From Centroscyllium fabricii (lineage: Eukaryota): DNA of 64,000 nt. The notes beneath the pieces were generated by a model. It ran no database searches, had not been told where the DNA came from, and worked only from the letters and a program-made list of their open reading frames with translations. The position numbers and the translations under genes are program-made. The stretch is taken from the NCBI GenBank assembly GCA_051313645.2, contig JBNRSN020000007.1, positions 133,486,001-133,550,000 of the forward strand, read 5' to 3'. Within the stretch, counting starts at the first letter, position 1; each line of letters begins with the position of its first letter. Below are positions 13,871-24,679 of the stretch, piece after piece.

Positions 13871-13914
13871 CCTGCCCTTTCCCCGGAGTCCTGCAAATGT
13901 TTCTTTTCCCAGTA

Positions 13915-14772
13915 CAGGTTGAAGTTCGTTAATCCGGATCCCGAAAAACTGGCAACTTCGAACGTCCGGCAATAATTTCCCCGACTGCCATGCGCATGCG
14001 CAAAATGGCCACCGCGATCGATGCTTCAGTGAATGATCTGTGCATGCGCTGCCGAACGGCGAGTGCATGCGCAGATCATTCACAATGGCCGAGCCGATCC
14101 CGAGCCGAGCCTGGCCACTGCGAGCCTCCCCGAGCCTGGCCGCTGCGAGCTTCCCTGAGCCTGGCCGCTGCGTGCTTCCCCGAGCCTGGCCGCTGCGTGC
14201 TTCCCCGAGCCTGGCCGCTGCGAGCCTCCCCGAGCCTGGCCGCTGCGAGCCTCCCCGAGCCTGGCTGCTGCGAGCCTCCCTGAGCCTGGCCGCTGCAAGC
14301 CTCCCCGAGCCTGGCCGCTGCAAGCTTCCCCGAGCCTGGCCGCTGTGAGCCTCTCCGTGCCTGGCCACTGCGAGCCTCCCCGAGCCTGGCCGCTGCGAGC
14401 TTCCCCAAGCCTGGCCGCTGCGAGCCTCCCCGTGCCTGGCCGCTGCGAGCCTCCCCGAGCCTGGCCGCTGCGAGCCTCCCCGAGCTTCCCCGTGCCTGGC
14501 CACTGCGAGCTTCCCCGAGCCTGGCCGCTGCGAGCTTCCCCGAGCCTGGCCGCTGCAAGCCTCCCTGAGCCTGGCCGCTGCGAGCCTCCCCGAGCCGGGT
14601 CTTCCCGAACGATCAGCGCATGCGCAGACCTCTCAAAATGGCCACCGGCCTTTTGCGGCGGCCATTTTGAATGGTTTGCGCATGCCCTCACCGAAACTTC
14701 AATCGTTCGAGATTTTCACTTGTCCGGTACGGGCCTGGTCCCGCCCATGCCGGATTAACGAATTTCAACCTG
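13915..14772. mobile_element. Tc1/mariner(pogo/Tigger)-like MITE
   Basis: 23-bp TIRs CAGGTTGAA(G/A)TTCGTTAATCCGG with TA on both flanks. Confidence 0.85.
14105..14597. repeat. 25-bp GC-rich minisatellite inside the MITE (~19 copies)
   Basis: Unit GAGCCTGGCCGCTGCGAGCCTCCCC. Confidence 0.9.
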
Positions 14773-15459
14773 TATATATCCAATTCACTTTTGAAAGTTA
14801 CTACAGGTACTGAATCTGCCTCTGCCACCCTTTCAGCTAGTGCATTGCAGATCATATCAACTCACTGGGTAAAAAAAATTCTTCTCATCTCACCTCTGGG
14901 TCTTTTGCCAATTATCTTAAATCTTTGTCTTCTGGTTACCGACCATCCTGCCAGTGGAAACAATTTCTCCCGACAGTGATGAAAATGTAGCTTAATGTCT
15001 GCCCTCCTTTGATTAAGGATTCTATTTTCAGCTGCTTTGGAGGTTTGGACAGTAAACGATCTGGGAGGTTTGGTGCAAGTTTGGTGGTGTTGTGTGGTGT
15101 AATGACAGAACCATGGCCATTCGACCCTGGTTTGGTAATGTTATTCAGGACACACTTCCAACCAAAAAATAAGTCTTTTTACAAAGGAGGAATTCTTGTC
15201 TGTAAAAGGACAAAAATCCTTAAAAGAACAACTGTCATGAAGATGACCCTGCTTTACCTTTCTTGTAGCTAATCACCATACCTTTAATACAACTGAGCAC
15301 CACTATCTACATTATCTAATCATCTGCGTCACTAATGAAGGCAGCAGTAATGGGTCTAATAGTGCAATTATTCCTTAAGTATTTCTGCAGTACCAGTTCT
15401 TGGTCCCAGCAGAGGCCCAATTTAAACTGCAGGGTGGTTACCACAGAAGCTACACCACT

Positions 15460-15810
15460 ACACAGGGACTTGAATACAAAATCCAGGCTGACGGAGTACT
15501 ACACTGTCAGAAATGCCATATTTTGGATGAGGCGTTAACTCGAGGCCCCCAGTTTGCCCTCTTAGAAACCCAATTTAGCCTCTTAGGTGGCCATAAAAGA
15601 TCCCATGGCACTATGTTGAAGAAGAGCAGGAGAGTTCTCCCCGGTGTCCTGGCCAAGATTTATCACTCAACCAACATCACTAAAACACATTATCTGGTCA
15701 TTATCACATTGCTGTTCCCCCAATTGGCTGTCACGCTTCATACATTGTGACAGTGATTACACTTCAAAACGCACTCCATTGGCTGTAAAGCGATTTGGGA
15801 CTTCCTGAAA
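15460..15810 (+). mobile_element. Deu-domain SINE (SacSINE1/AmnSINE-like) fragment, followed by an inverted tail fragment (~15810-15920)
   Basis: Deu-like motif AAAGATCCCATGGCACT...CCCCGGTGTCCTGGCCAA; shared with 45640-46135. Confidence 0.7.
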
Positions 15811-16164
15811 GAAAGAAAAAGACTTGCATTTATACAGCACCTTTCATGAACACCGGACGTCTCAAAGCACTTTACAGTCAATGAAGTACTTTTGAAGTGG
15901 AGTTGCTGTTGTAATGTGTTGTAATGATGTCATGAGAAGTGCTATATAAATGCAAGGTTTTCTTTCACACGTGTACAAACTTGAACATGCACGATTGTGC
16001 ATTTCCTTCATTTTCCCCCTTCCCTCAGACACTGGCTCCTGCTGGCATACATGATTTCAAGGGCGCTGGCCATCTCCGTCCATCACTTCACATGTGAATC
16101 TAGATGGTGAATCATGGGCTGGCTATTTGTGTTGGGACATTACCCAATATTTGTATCTGAGCAT

Positions 16165-16431
16165 TGAGGAGCCTCAAATCAGAGCCGAAAGGCTTTTATT
16201 TACAAAGAACTGAACCTAGTCTGCGATGAGTCCGCCCGGAATGAGAGTCAGGTGGGCAGAGCATTCTCCTTTATACTCATCCCGAGGCGGGATCAGCCGG
16301 TCCAGGTCCTTACAGAAAGGTACAGATTTTTAACACAAACTATATATAATTATCCAGAAAGGTACAGATATATTAACACAAACTATATACAATAATAGCA
16401 CAGTGTGAACCACACCAAATGGTTCATCACA
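16165..16431 (-). repeat. 3' LTR (267 bp)
   Basis: TG...CA termini; direct repeat of 21005-21290 with a 16-bp deletion and scattered substitutions. Confidence 0.92.
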
Positions 16432-16957
16432 TTCACCCCTTCCTTAAAAGAAAGTCCCGCGGGGCGAATATCAGCACTGTGTTATCAGTCTTTGAGGTCG
16501 AACAGTCCGATTAGACCTGCGAGGCAGTGGCGGTTCTCACGAATAGGCGGGAGTAGTCGCAATCGGAAAAGGCGCTGACGGGGCTCCCGACGTGAACAGG
16601 GACTCCACCGGTGGAAGAGGTACCTCAGGCGCAGGAAGATCTGGTGGAGGTGTAGCAGCCGCCGGAAGAGTAGGCTGAGCAATGTGATGAGCTCCGTCGT
16701 GCATTGTGGGTGATGAGGGCCCCGATGTAGTGTGCGCAGGTGAATGAAAAGATGGCCCCTGTTGTGAAAATGTGACCTGGGAGGGCAAGGGCTCCGCCAA
16801 CGACTCTAAGTGAACGTCTGCAGCGGGCGCAAGGTCTCTAATCGAGACGGTATCCTCACGCCCGTCTGGGTACTCCACGTAAGCATACTGAGGGTTGGCA
16901 TGCAGCAGGCACACACGTTCAACAAGAGGGTCCATCTTGTGTCCACGGACGTGCCTC

Positions 16958-18835
16958 CTAAGCAGAACCGGCCCCGAAGTCGATTTCCTGGGGAAAGAGA
17001 AGTTTCTCGTGAGGCGTGCAACCAGTGGCTGTACACAAGAGGGAATGGGTAGCGTGGAGCGCATCCTGTAGGACCTCCTGCCAGTGGGAGGTTGGAAGGC
17101 CTTTGGATCGAAGGGCCAGGGTGATGGCCTTCCAGATGGTCCCTTTATAACGTTCTACCTGACCGTTCCCCCGGGGGTTGTAACTGGTCGTTCTGCTCGA
17201 GGCAACCCCCCGCACGAGCAGAAAATGACGCAGTTCGTCACTCATAAATGAGGACCCCCGGTCGTTGTGTATGAAGCCGGGAAGGCCGAAAATGGTGAAT
17301 AGCGTGATAAGATGCTTTATCACTGTTGCACTCATCATATCTGGGCATGGGAATGCAAAAGGGAAACGGGAGAACTCGTTGACCACAGTGAGAATGTACG
17401 AGTTACGGTTGGTAGAGGGGAGGGGACCTTTGAAGTCCACACTCAGGCGCTCGAATGGGCGGGTGGCCTTGATGAGGTGCGCCCTGTCAGGCCTGTAAAA
17501 CTGGGGCTTGCACTCAGCACAGACAGGGCACTCCTGCGTCATCGCCTTGATCTCCACAATGGAATAAGGGAGATTGCGTGATTTGACGAAGTGAGCGAGC
17601 CTGGTGACCCCCGGGTGGCAGAGATTAGCGTGGAGGGTGTTCAGACTACCCGACTGGGCGCTGGCACATGATTCTCGGGACAGGGCGTCCGGGGGATCGT
17701 TAAGCTTCCCTGGCCGGTACAGAATGTCGTACTCAAAAGCGGAGAGTTCGATCCGCCACCTGAGGATCTTGTCATTCTTGATCTTACCCCTCTGTTTATG
17801 GTGGAACATAAACGCTACTGACCGCTGGTCAGTAAGAAGGGTAAAACGTTTACCGGCCAAATAGTGGCGCCAGTGGCGCACTGCTTCCACGATTGCTTGG
17901 GCCTCCTTTTCCACTGAAGAGTGGCAGACTTCAGGGCCCTGTAGGGTGTGGGAGTAGAAAGCGACAGACCTGCCTGCCTGGTTAAGGGTGGCGGCCAGGG
18001 TGAAGTCTGAGGCATCGCTTTCGACCTGGAAGGGAAGAGACTCATCAATGGCGTGCATGGTTGCCTTGATGATGTCTTGCTTGATATGCGAAAATGCAAT
18101 TTGGGCCTCTAACGGGAGTGGGAAGGAGGTAGCTCTGAGGAGAGGCCGGGCCTTATCAGCATAATGGGGAATCCATTGTGCATTATACGAGAAAAATCCC
18201 AGGCATCTCCTCAAAGATTTGGGGGAGTGCGGCAGGGGCAACTCCTGAAGGGGGCGCATATGCTCGGGGTCGGGGCCGAGGACCCCGTTCTCAATTACGT
18301 AGCCGAAGATTGCCAACCGGTTAGTATTGAAAACGCACTTATCCTCATTGTAAGTGAGGTTCAGACGCTGGGCCGTACGGAGAAACCTGTCCAAATTGGC
18401 ATCATGATCTTGCTGGTCATGGCCGCAGATCGTGACATTGTCCAAATATGGGAATGTGGCCTGCAAATGGTACTGGTCAACCATTCGGTCCATCTCCCGT
18501 TGGAAGACCGAAACTCCGTTGGTAACCCCAAAGGGGACCCGGAAGAAGTGAAAAAGGCGCCCATTTGCCTCGAAGGCAGTGTATTTATGGTCCTCAGCTC
18601 TGCTGGGGAGCTGGTGATAGGCCGACTTATGGTCGAAGGTGGAGAAGACCTTATACTGGGCAATCTGATTGACCATGTCATTGATCCTAGGAAGCGGATA
18701 AGCGTCGAGCGCAGTGTAACGGTTAATGGTCTGACCATAGTCAATGACCATGCGCTGTTTGTCGCCCGACTTAACCACAACCACCTGGGCCCGCCACGGG
18801 CTGTTACTGGCCTCGATGATGCCCTCCCGCAACAA
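16958..18835 (-). pseudogene. pol: Gypsy pol: reverse transcriptase, RNase H, integrase (frameshifted at both ends)
   Basis: RT (SPWRAQVVVV, DAYPLPRI, PFGVTNG, YLDN), RNase H (ESDASD, EKEAQAI, TDQRS), integrase (H..HPG...CPVC, SVDFKGP, HNDRG, NGQVER); C-terminus continues in ORF 16537-17064. Confidence 0.92.
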
Positions 18836-19006
18836 CCGAGCAACCTCTGCCTTAATAAATTTGCGGTCCCCCGCGCTGTATCACCGACTCTTAGTTGCAA
18901 TGGGCTTGCAGTCAGGGTCAAGGTTGGCAAACAGCGAGGGGGGTCTATCTTCAAGGTAGACAGACCGCAAGAGGAGTGTGGTTGTGAGGCAGGGCAGTCG
19001 CGGCTG

Positions 19007-19405
19007 CTAACCATGAGAGGAGGCAGGGGACCGCCGTACGCCATCGTCAAGCTCTGCAGGTGGCACTGGAAATCCAGGCCAAGCAACACGGGCGCAGAGC
19101 TGTGGGAGGACGTACAGTGGAAAGTTGCTGTATGTCGTCCCCTTCACAGTAATGGTGACTGTACAGCAGCCGATGACGTCCACAGTCTGGGACTCGGAGG
19201 CGAGGGAGATTTTACGATGTGCGGGCCTAACCCTGAGGGAATAACGGTGCACTGTATCAGGGTGTATGATGCTCTCTGTACTCCCAGTGTCGAACAGACA
19301 GCGGGTGAGGTGCCCCTCCACCCGGATGGGCATCATTGATAAAATAAGAGACGGGTTCGGGGCTGTAGAGGCAAGTGTGGTGAGCGCGCTGGGGCCCTTG
19401 TGCAA
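19007..19405 (-). pseudogene. Gypsy aspartic protease fragment
   Basis: CLFDTGSTESII catalytic motif; LLGLDF in the adjacent frame (ORF 18361-19089 start). Confidence 0.85.
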
Positions 19406-19639
19406 TGCAGGGTCCGCGTGTGATGGCGGCGCCCGTGATTCGCACGCGGCGGGCCGCGGTGGTGTTTCGGACCGTTGGGTGAGTCACCGAGAAAGCCGTT
19501 GGGAGGACCGAAGGGCTCGTGGCGCACAGGCGCCCGAATGCTGAATTGGTCTGGAGTGGTCTGTTGCTGCTGCCAGGATCGTAGTGGTTGCTTTTAAGTT
19601 GCCTGTTACTGCAGCAGCCTGTACTTTTAAAATGTTCCT

Positions 19640-20030
19640 GCACAAAGATGGCGGCATCACGTGACTGGGCAGGCCCGCTGCTCTCGGAATGTGGTCTGTC
19701 CTATACCAAGATGGCAGCGTCACGTGATGGGGCGGGGCCGCTGATGCCATGGCGCAGGAAGATGGCGTCGTCATGTGATGGGGCGGGGCCCCTGCTGCCT
19801 GGATGCAGGCCGTCCTGTACCAAGATGGTGGCGTCACGTGATGGGGCGGGGCCGCTACTGCCGTGACGCGGGAAGATGGCGGCGTCACGTGATGGGGCGG
19901 GCCTCTGCTGCCCGGTGGCCCAACGGTGACCCCGTTTCGTGCCGTTCCAGGGAGGAAAAAGGCCACGCCCCCAAAGATGGCGGAGATCCAAAGGAGGAGA
20001 AAGAAGGCCACGCCACCAAAGATGGCGGAG
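19640..20030. repeat. ~48-51-bp imperfect tandem repeat between gag and protease
   Basis: Five copies of AAGATGGCGGCGTCACGTGATGGGGCGGGGCC-like unit plus two shorter AAGATGGCGG units. Confidence 0.8.
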
Positions 20031-20966
20031 CATGGGAAACGACGCTGGCAGTCCGCACCCGAGGCAGGGTAGGTAGTAATCGTTCTGGGGGCCGCTGATG
20101 GGGTCGCTAGTTACCTGAGGCCACTCTGTGTCGTGGACATTGCAGGCTGCTGCCGTTTTTCTTGCAGATTCCGGGGCCGATCGGCAGACCTTCGCAAAGT
20201 GGCCCTTCTTGCCACATTTGTTGCAGGATGACGACTTTGTTGGGCAGGAGCTTCGTGGATGGCGTTTCTGGCCACAAAAATAGCATTTCAGAGGTGCTGG
20301 CTGTCCAGATGGCGCCGTGGTCGCCACAGTCGCCGTCGAGGGCGTCGAACGTGAGTCCCAAGGCCCAGGGGAAACCGTGTGGGAGCTGTGCCCCGTGCAT
20401 GAATCCAGGCTTTGGAGGGCCCCATCCACCGCGTTGGAAAGCTTCACCGCCTGATTCAGGGACAAATTATCCTGCTCGAGCAGGCGGGTGCGAGCTGGGG
20501 CCGATCTGATTCCTGCCACGTAGGCATCGCGGACGAGGAGGTCCATGTGCTCCTGGGCGTTAACAGGGGCACATCCACAGCGCAGAGCGAGAGCTTGAAG
20601 AGCCTCCAGGTACTCCTCATTCGACTCACCATGCTGTTGCCTCCGCGTGGCGAGTAGATGGCGAGCGTAGATGGCGTTGACTGGCTGGAGGTATTGAGCC
20701 ATCAGCAGCTCCAACGCTGCATCGTAGTCAGTGGCATTCTTTATGATAGAATATAACCTGCCACTCACGCATGAGACCAGGACTCGTCTCCTGTGCGCAT
20801 CGCTGACTCCGGCCACTACCAGGAACGATTCGAAACAGCTCAGCCAGTGCTCAAAATCGTTCGACGCGTTCGGTGCCTTGGGGGTTGAGGTCGAGAGTTT
20901 TTGGTTTAAGGATAGTTTTCCAGTTTTCTGATGCTGCTGGCTGGTGGCTCTGTTGTTGGTCATCAT
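19701..20966 (-). pseudogene. gag: Gypsy gag with two zinc knuckles
   Basis: CYFCGQKRHPRSSC and CNKCGKKGHFAKVC knuckles; YARHLLATRRQQHGES gag-like motif; follows the 5' LTR. Confidence 0.88.
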
Positions 20967-21004
20967 CCTGCAGGCTCATTGTAAAAATTATTTGTAAATA
21001 AAAT

Positions 21005-21290
21005 TGAGGAGCCTCAAATCAGAGCCGACAGCTTGTTCTAACGAAAGGCTTTTATTTACAAAGAACTGAACCTAGTCTGCGATGAGTCCACCCGGAATGA
21101 GAGTCAGGTGGGCGGAGCATTCTCTTTTATACACATACCCAGAGGTGGGGTCAGCCGGTCCAGGTCCTTACAGAAAGGTACAGATTTATTAACACAAACT
21201 ATATACAATTATCCAGAAAGGTACAGATATATTAACAGAAACTATATACAATAATAGCACAGTGTGAACCACACCAAATGGTTCATCACA
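21005..21290 (-). repeat. 5' LTR (286 bp)
   Basis: TGTGATG...CCTCA; TATAAAA at 21131-21125, AATAAA at ~21056-21051; internal ~42-bp duplication. Confidence 0.92.
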
Positions 21291-21489
21291 AGCATTTTCC
21301 AACAGGGGTTGCTGAAGAGATCCAACGCGGGAAGCCTGGCTGATCTTTTTCTCCCTTAACCCCAAGATGCTGAGGCCAATTGTGAAGTTCCTGCTGCTGT
21401 CCTGAATCAGCACAGGCAAGGGATTGTACCATGGATCACCCTGGTTAGTATGGCTTAGCAACAACAATAAGGGTTTATGTAGCACCTTG

Positions 21490-21900
21490 CGGCACGGTGG
21501 CATAGTGGTTAGCACTGTTGCCTTACAGCACTAGAGACCCGGGTTCAAATCTGGCCTCGGGTACTATCTGTGTGGAATTTGCACATTCTCCCCGTGTCTC
21601 CGTGGGTTTCCTCCGGGTGCTCCGGTTTCCTCCCACAGTCCAAAGATGTGCGGGTTAGGTTGATTGTTCATGATAAACTCACCCTTAGTGTTAGGGGGAT
21701 TGAATATGTGGGGTTACGGGGAATAGGGTGGGATATGTGTCGGTGCAGGCTCGATAGGGATCGAGGGATATGGGGACAAGGCAGGGACAGGGTACTGAGT
21801 TTGGATGATCAGCCATGATCTCATTGAATGGTGGAGCAGGCTCGAACGGCCGAATGGCCAACTCCTGCTCCTATATTCTATGTTTCTATGTTGCTATGTT
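21490..21900 (+). mobile_element. HE1-type tRNA-derived V-SINE with long CR1-derived tail
   Basis: A/B boxes (TGGCATAGTGG, GGTTCAAATC), V-domain GGGTTTCCTCCGGGTGCTCCGGTTTCCTCCCACA, tail ending (TTTCTATG)n. Confidence 0.85.
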
Positions 21901-23162
21901 AACATAGATGTCCCAAAGGAACTTTACAGAGGAGGGAGAGGAATGAAAATAGGAATAGATCGGGGAGAAGATATTGAGCAATGGGGGGAGATTAGGAAAG
22001 GTGATTGAAAGCTTTGGCGAAAAGATGGGTTTTTAGAAGATTTGTAAAGATACAGAGAGAAGAGTGGTGAATGGAAGGAATGCAGAGAGGAGAGCTGAGG
22101 TGACTGAAGGCTCTGGTCCCAATGGTGGGCTGGAGGGGACAGGGATGCGCAAAAGACCAAATTAGAGGATTAGCAGCTGCAGGAAGGAATATAAAGCTGG
22201 AGGAGACTGCAGAGGTGGGGTGGGGCGAGACCACGGGACAATTTGAGGACAAGCATTTAAATAAAATTAGGCAAGCAGAATTTAGTGTAGGTCAGGGTGC
22301 AGACAGCTGAATTTTAGACCAGTTGCATTTTATGAATGATGGGAACCTGCAGAGGGCATGGGAGAAATTGGGGGTAGATGTTATCTTTGTGCGGTCGTGT
22401 AAAACAGGTTATGGCGAATCGGCAACCAGCTTTACATCGCTCCACATTTTTATTTGAAAGAACGGGGAGAGGTGTAAAGCGGGCTGCCAATTTGCAGTCA
22501 CTCATTTTACACTATCGCACTATGTCATTGCATCTAGCGGTGACCGGAGGTGCTGCTGAGGGTTTCGGTGGAGGCAGGGGTGGAGTCGGGGGCAGAAGCA
22601 GGCAGCGTTGTGGAGGTGAAAATAAGCAGTCTTGGTAACTGATAGGATGTGGGCTTGGAAGCTCAGCGCATGGGACGTTAAGGCTGGTTCACCCTGAGCA
22701 AGTGGCCAGGGAAGGGAATGGAATCTGTGGCAGATGAGTGCAGTTTGCAGTGGGGGGCTGAAACCAATGGTTTCTGCCTTCCGAAAGTTCAGTTGAAGAA
22801 GGTTGTCAGCACCGACAGCAGTCTGCCCAGGACTGAGTTGGTTGTGCAGCAGGGCCAAGAGAAAATGGTGGGGAAGTAGAGTGAGGTGTCATTAGCTACT
22901 GATGAAAGCTCACTCCATGCCTGCAGATGGCATCACTGAGGGCAGCATCCAGATGTGGAACAACAACAACAACTTGCATTTTTAAAGCACATTTAACATA
23001 ATAAAACACCCCAAGGTGCTCCACAGGACTGTAATCAGAAAACAATTGACACTGAGCCACATAAGGAGACATTAGGGCAGTTGATCAAACGCTTGGTCAA
23101 AGAGGTAGGTTTTAAGGCATGTCATAAAAGAGGAGAGAGTTGGAGAGGTTTAAAGAGGGAAT
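21900..23162 (-). mobile_element. Composite of old L2-like LINE/SINE-tail fragments
   Basis: rc of L2-type 3' ends (LKTHLFAKAF; LQLNFRKAETI...HILSVTKTAYFHLHN); shared with 30640-30915 and 43910-44075. Confidence 0.55.
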
Positions 23163-23164
23163 TA

Positions 23165-24020
23165 AATTTTTTTTTTTAATTATTCATTGATGGGATGTGG
23201 GCGTCGCTGGCTGGCTAGGCATGCATTTAGTGCCCATCCCTAATTGCCCTTGAGAAGATGGTGGTGAGCCGCCTTCTTGAACCGCTGCAGTCCATATGGT
23301 GTAGGTACACCCACAATGTTGTTAGGAAGGGAGTTCCAGGATTTGGGCCCAGCGACAGTGAAGGAGCAGCGATACAGGTCCAAGTCAGGATGGTGTGTGG
23401 CTTGGAGGGGAACTTGTAGGTGGTGCTGTTCCCATGCGTCTGCTGCCCTTGTCCTTCTAAGTTGTAAGGTCATGGGATTGGAAGGTGCTGTTGAAGGAGC
23501 TTTGGCGAGTTGCTGCAGTGCATCTTGTAGATGGTACACAATGGTGGTGGAGGGAGTGAATGTTGACGACGGTGGATGGAGTGCCAATCAAGCGGCCTGC
23601 TTTATCCTGAATGGTGTCGAGCTTCTTGAGTGTTGTTGGAGCTGCACTCATCCAGGCAAGTGGAGAGTATTCCATCACACTCCTGACTTGTGCCTTGTAG
23701 ATGGTGGAAAGGCTTTGGGGAGTCAGGAGGTGAGACACTCGCCGCAGAATTCCCAGCCTCTGGCCTGCTCGTGTAGCCACAGTATTTATATGGCTGGTCC
23801 AGTTCAGTTTCCGATCAATGGTAACCCCCAGGATGTTGATAGTGGGGGATTCAGCGATGATAATGCCATTGAATGTCAAGGGGAGATGGTTAGAGTCTCG
23901 CTTGTTGGAGATGGTCATTGCCTGGCACTTGTGTGGTGCAAATGTACTTGCCACTTGTCAGCCCAAGTCTGAATGTTGTCCAGGTCTTGCTGCATATGGA
24001 GACAGACTGCATCAGTATCT
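23165..24020 (-). mobile_element. LINE 3' fragment (same family as 24680-26750)
   Basis: ORF 23457-23954 RT C-terminal motifs (FAPHKCQAM, LGVTIDRKLNW, YKAQVRSVMEY); 3' tail and poly(A) at left. Confidence 0.85.
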
Positions 24021-24489
24021 GACGAGTCTCGAATTTCAGAGCGTAGGGCCTAGATGGCTGAAGGCATGGCCACCGATACTACACCTATACCCATTAAGTC
24101 AATGGGGAAACTTTGTGGAGTTGTTTCAATAATACTGCTTGTGTCTTTTTAGCTGGCAGCAGAATCTTTTACCAATGGTTTGGGGAATTTCATGCAAGTG
24201 TATTAAGTGCACCTGTACTTCGAGGCCTCTATGTTTATGGTGCAGACGCTGATGGATAAACCAACACTCATGGTGACGCACACCAAACTCTAGCAGCAGC
24301 AACACTATCAGCATTTCATTATTGCCTCATCCACAGCACATCTGTAGCTCATAACCTGGCCAGCTTGACAAGAAGGACAGACACATGACAAAAATTCAGC
24401 AATGACATCATGCCACCAGACTGACAAACTTGGTTTGCAAGGCTGAAAGAAACATTAAGTCTGAAACCCAGTATTAATATGGCCCTGAG

Positions 24490-24670
24490 TCCAAGCCCTG
24501 GTCTGCACTGAGTTAGCTGATCCAGGGCAGCAGTAGGGGTATTGCAATTTCCCCATAACCCTTAAGGTTAGGAAGGGAATAAAATTGGCCACAGTTCCTG
24601 CTCCTCACTGATATCCAGCGATTCCCTACTGGAAGCAAGCATGTGTAGACATCGGTGAGGACAGGAGTGA
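24490..24670 (+). mobile_element. LF-SINE-like fragment
   Basis: GTTCCTGCTCCT...TATCCAGCGA...CTGGAAG...GTGAGGACAGGA resembles recalled LF-SINE core; related minus-strand copies at ~28310-28530 and flanking the Gypsy. Confidence 0.45.
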
Positions 24671-24679
24671 ACTTAAGAA

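Larger units (their letters stand above)
13030..14975 (-). mobile_element. 3' end fragment of a CR1-like LINE hosting a minisatellite and a MITE
   Basis: Reverse-complement 3' tail (cacagaaggaggccattcagcccat) at left; LINE-like sequence resumes after the MITE (14773-14975, rc of GTGGATGATATGATCTG-type RT C-terminal region). Confidence 0.6.
16165..21290 (-). mobile_element. Full-length, frameshifted Ty3/Gypsy LTR retrotransposon
   Basis: Two LTRs, 5-bp TSD AGCAT (16160-16164, 21291-21295), polypurine tract AAGGAAGGGGTGAA next to the 3' LTR, gag-PR-RT-RH-IN order. Confidence 0.95.

Noticed and set aside
13064-14691. 479-aa and overlapping repetitive ORFs (RAGLIGLLFQ)n, (ARLGEARSGQ)n
   Set aside because: Artefacts of stop-free 30-bp and 25-bp tandem repeats within a LINE tail and MITE; no gene context
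18164-19339. 391-aa plus-strand ORF antisense to Gypsy pol
   Set aside because: No recognisable domain; explained as an antisense shadow of GC-rich coding sequence
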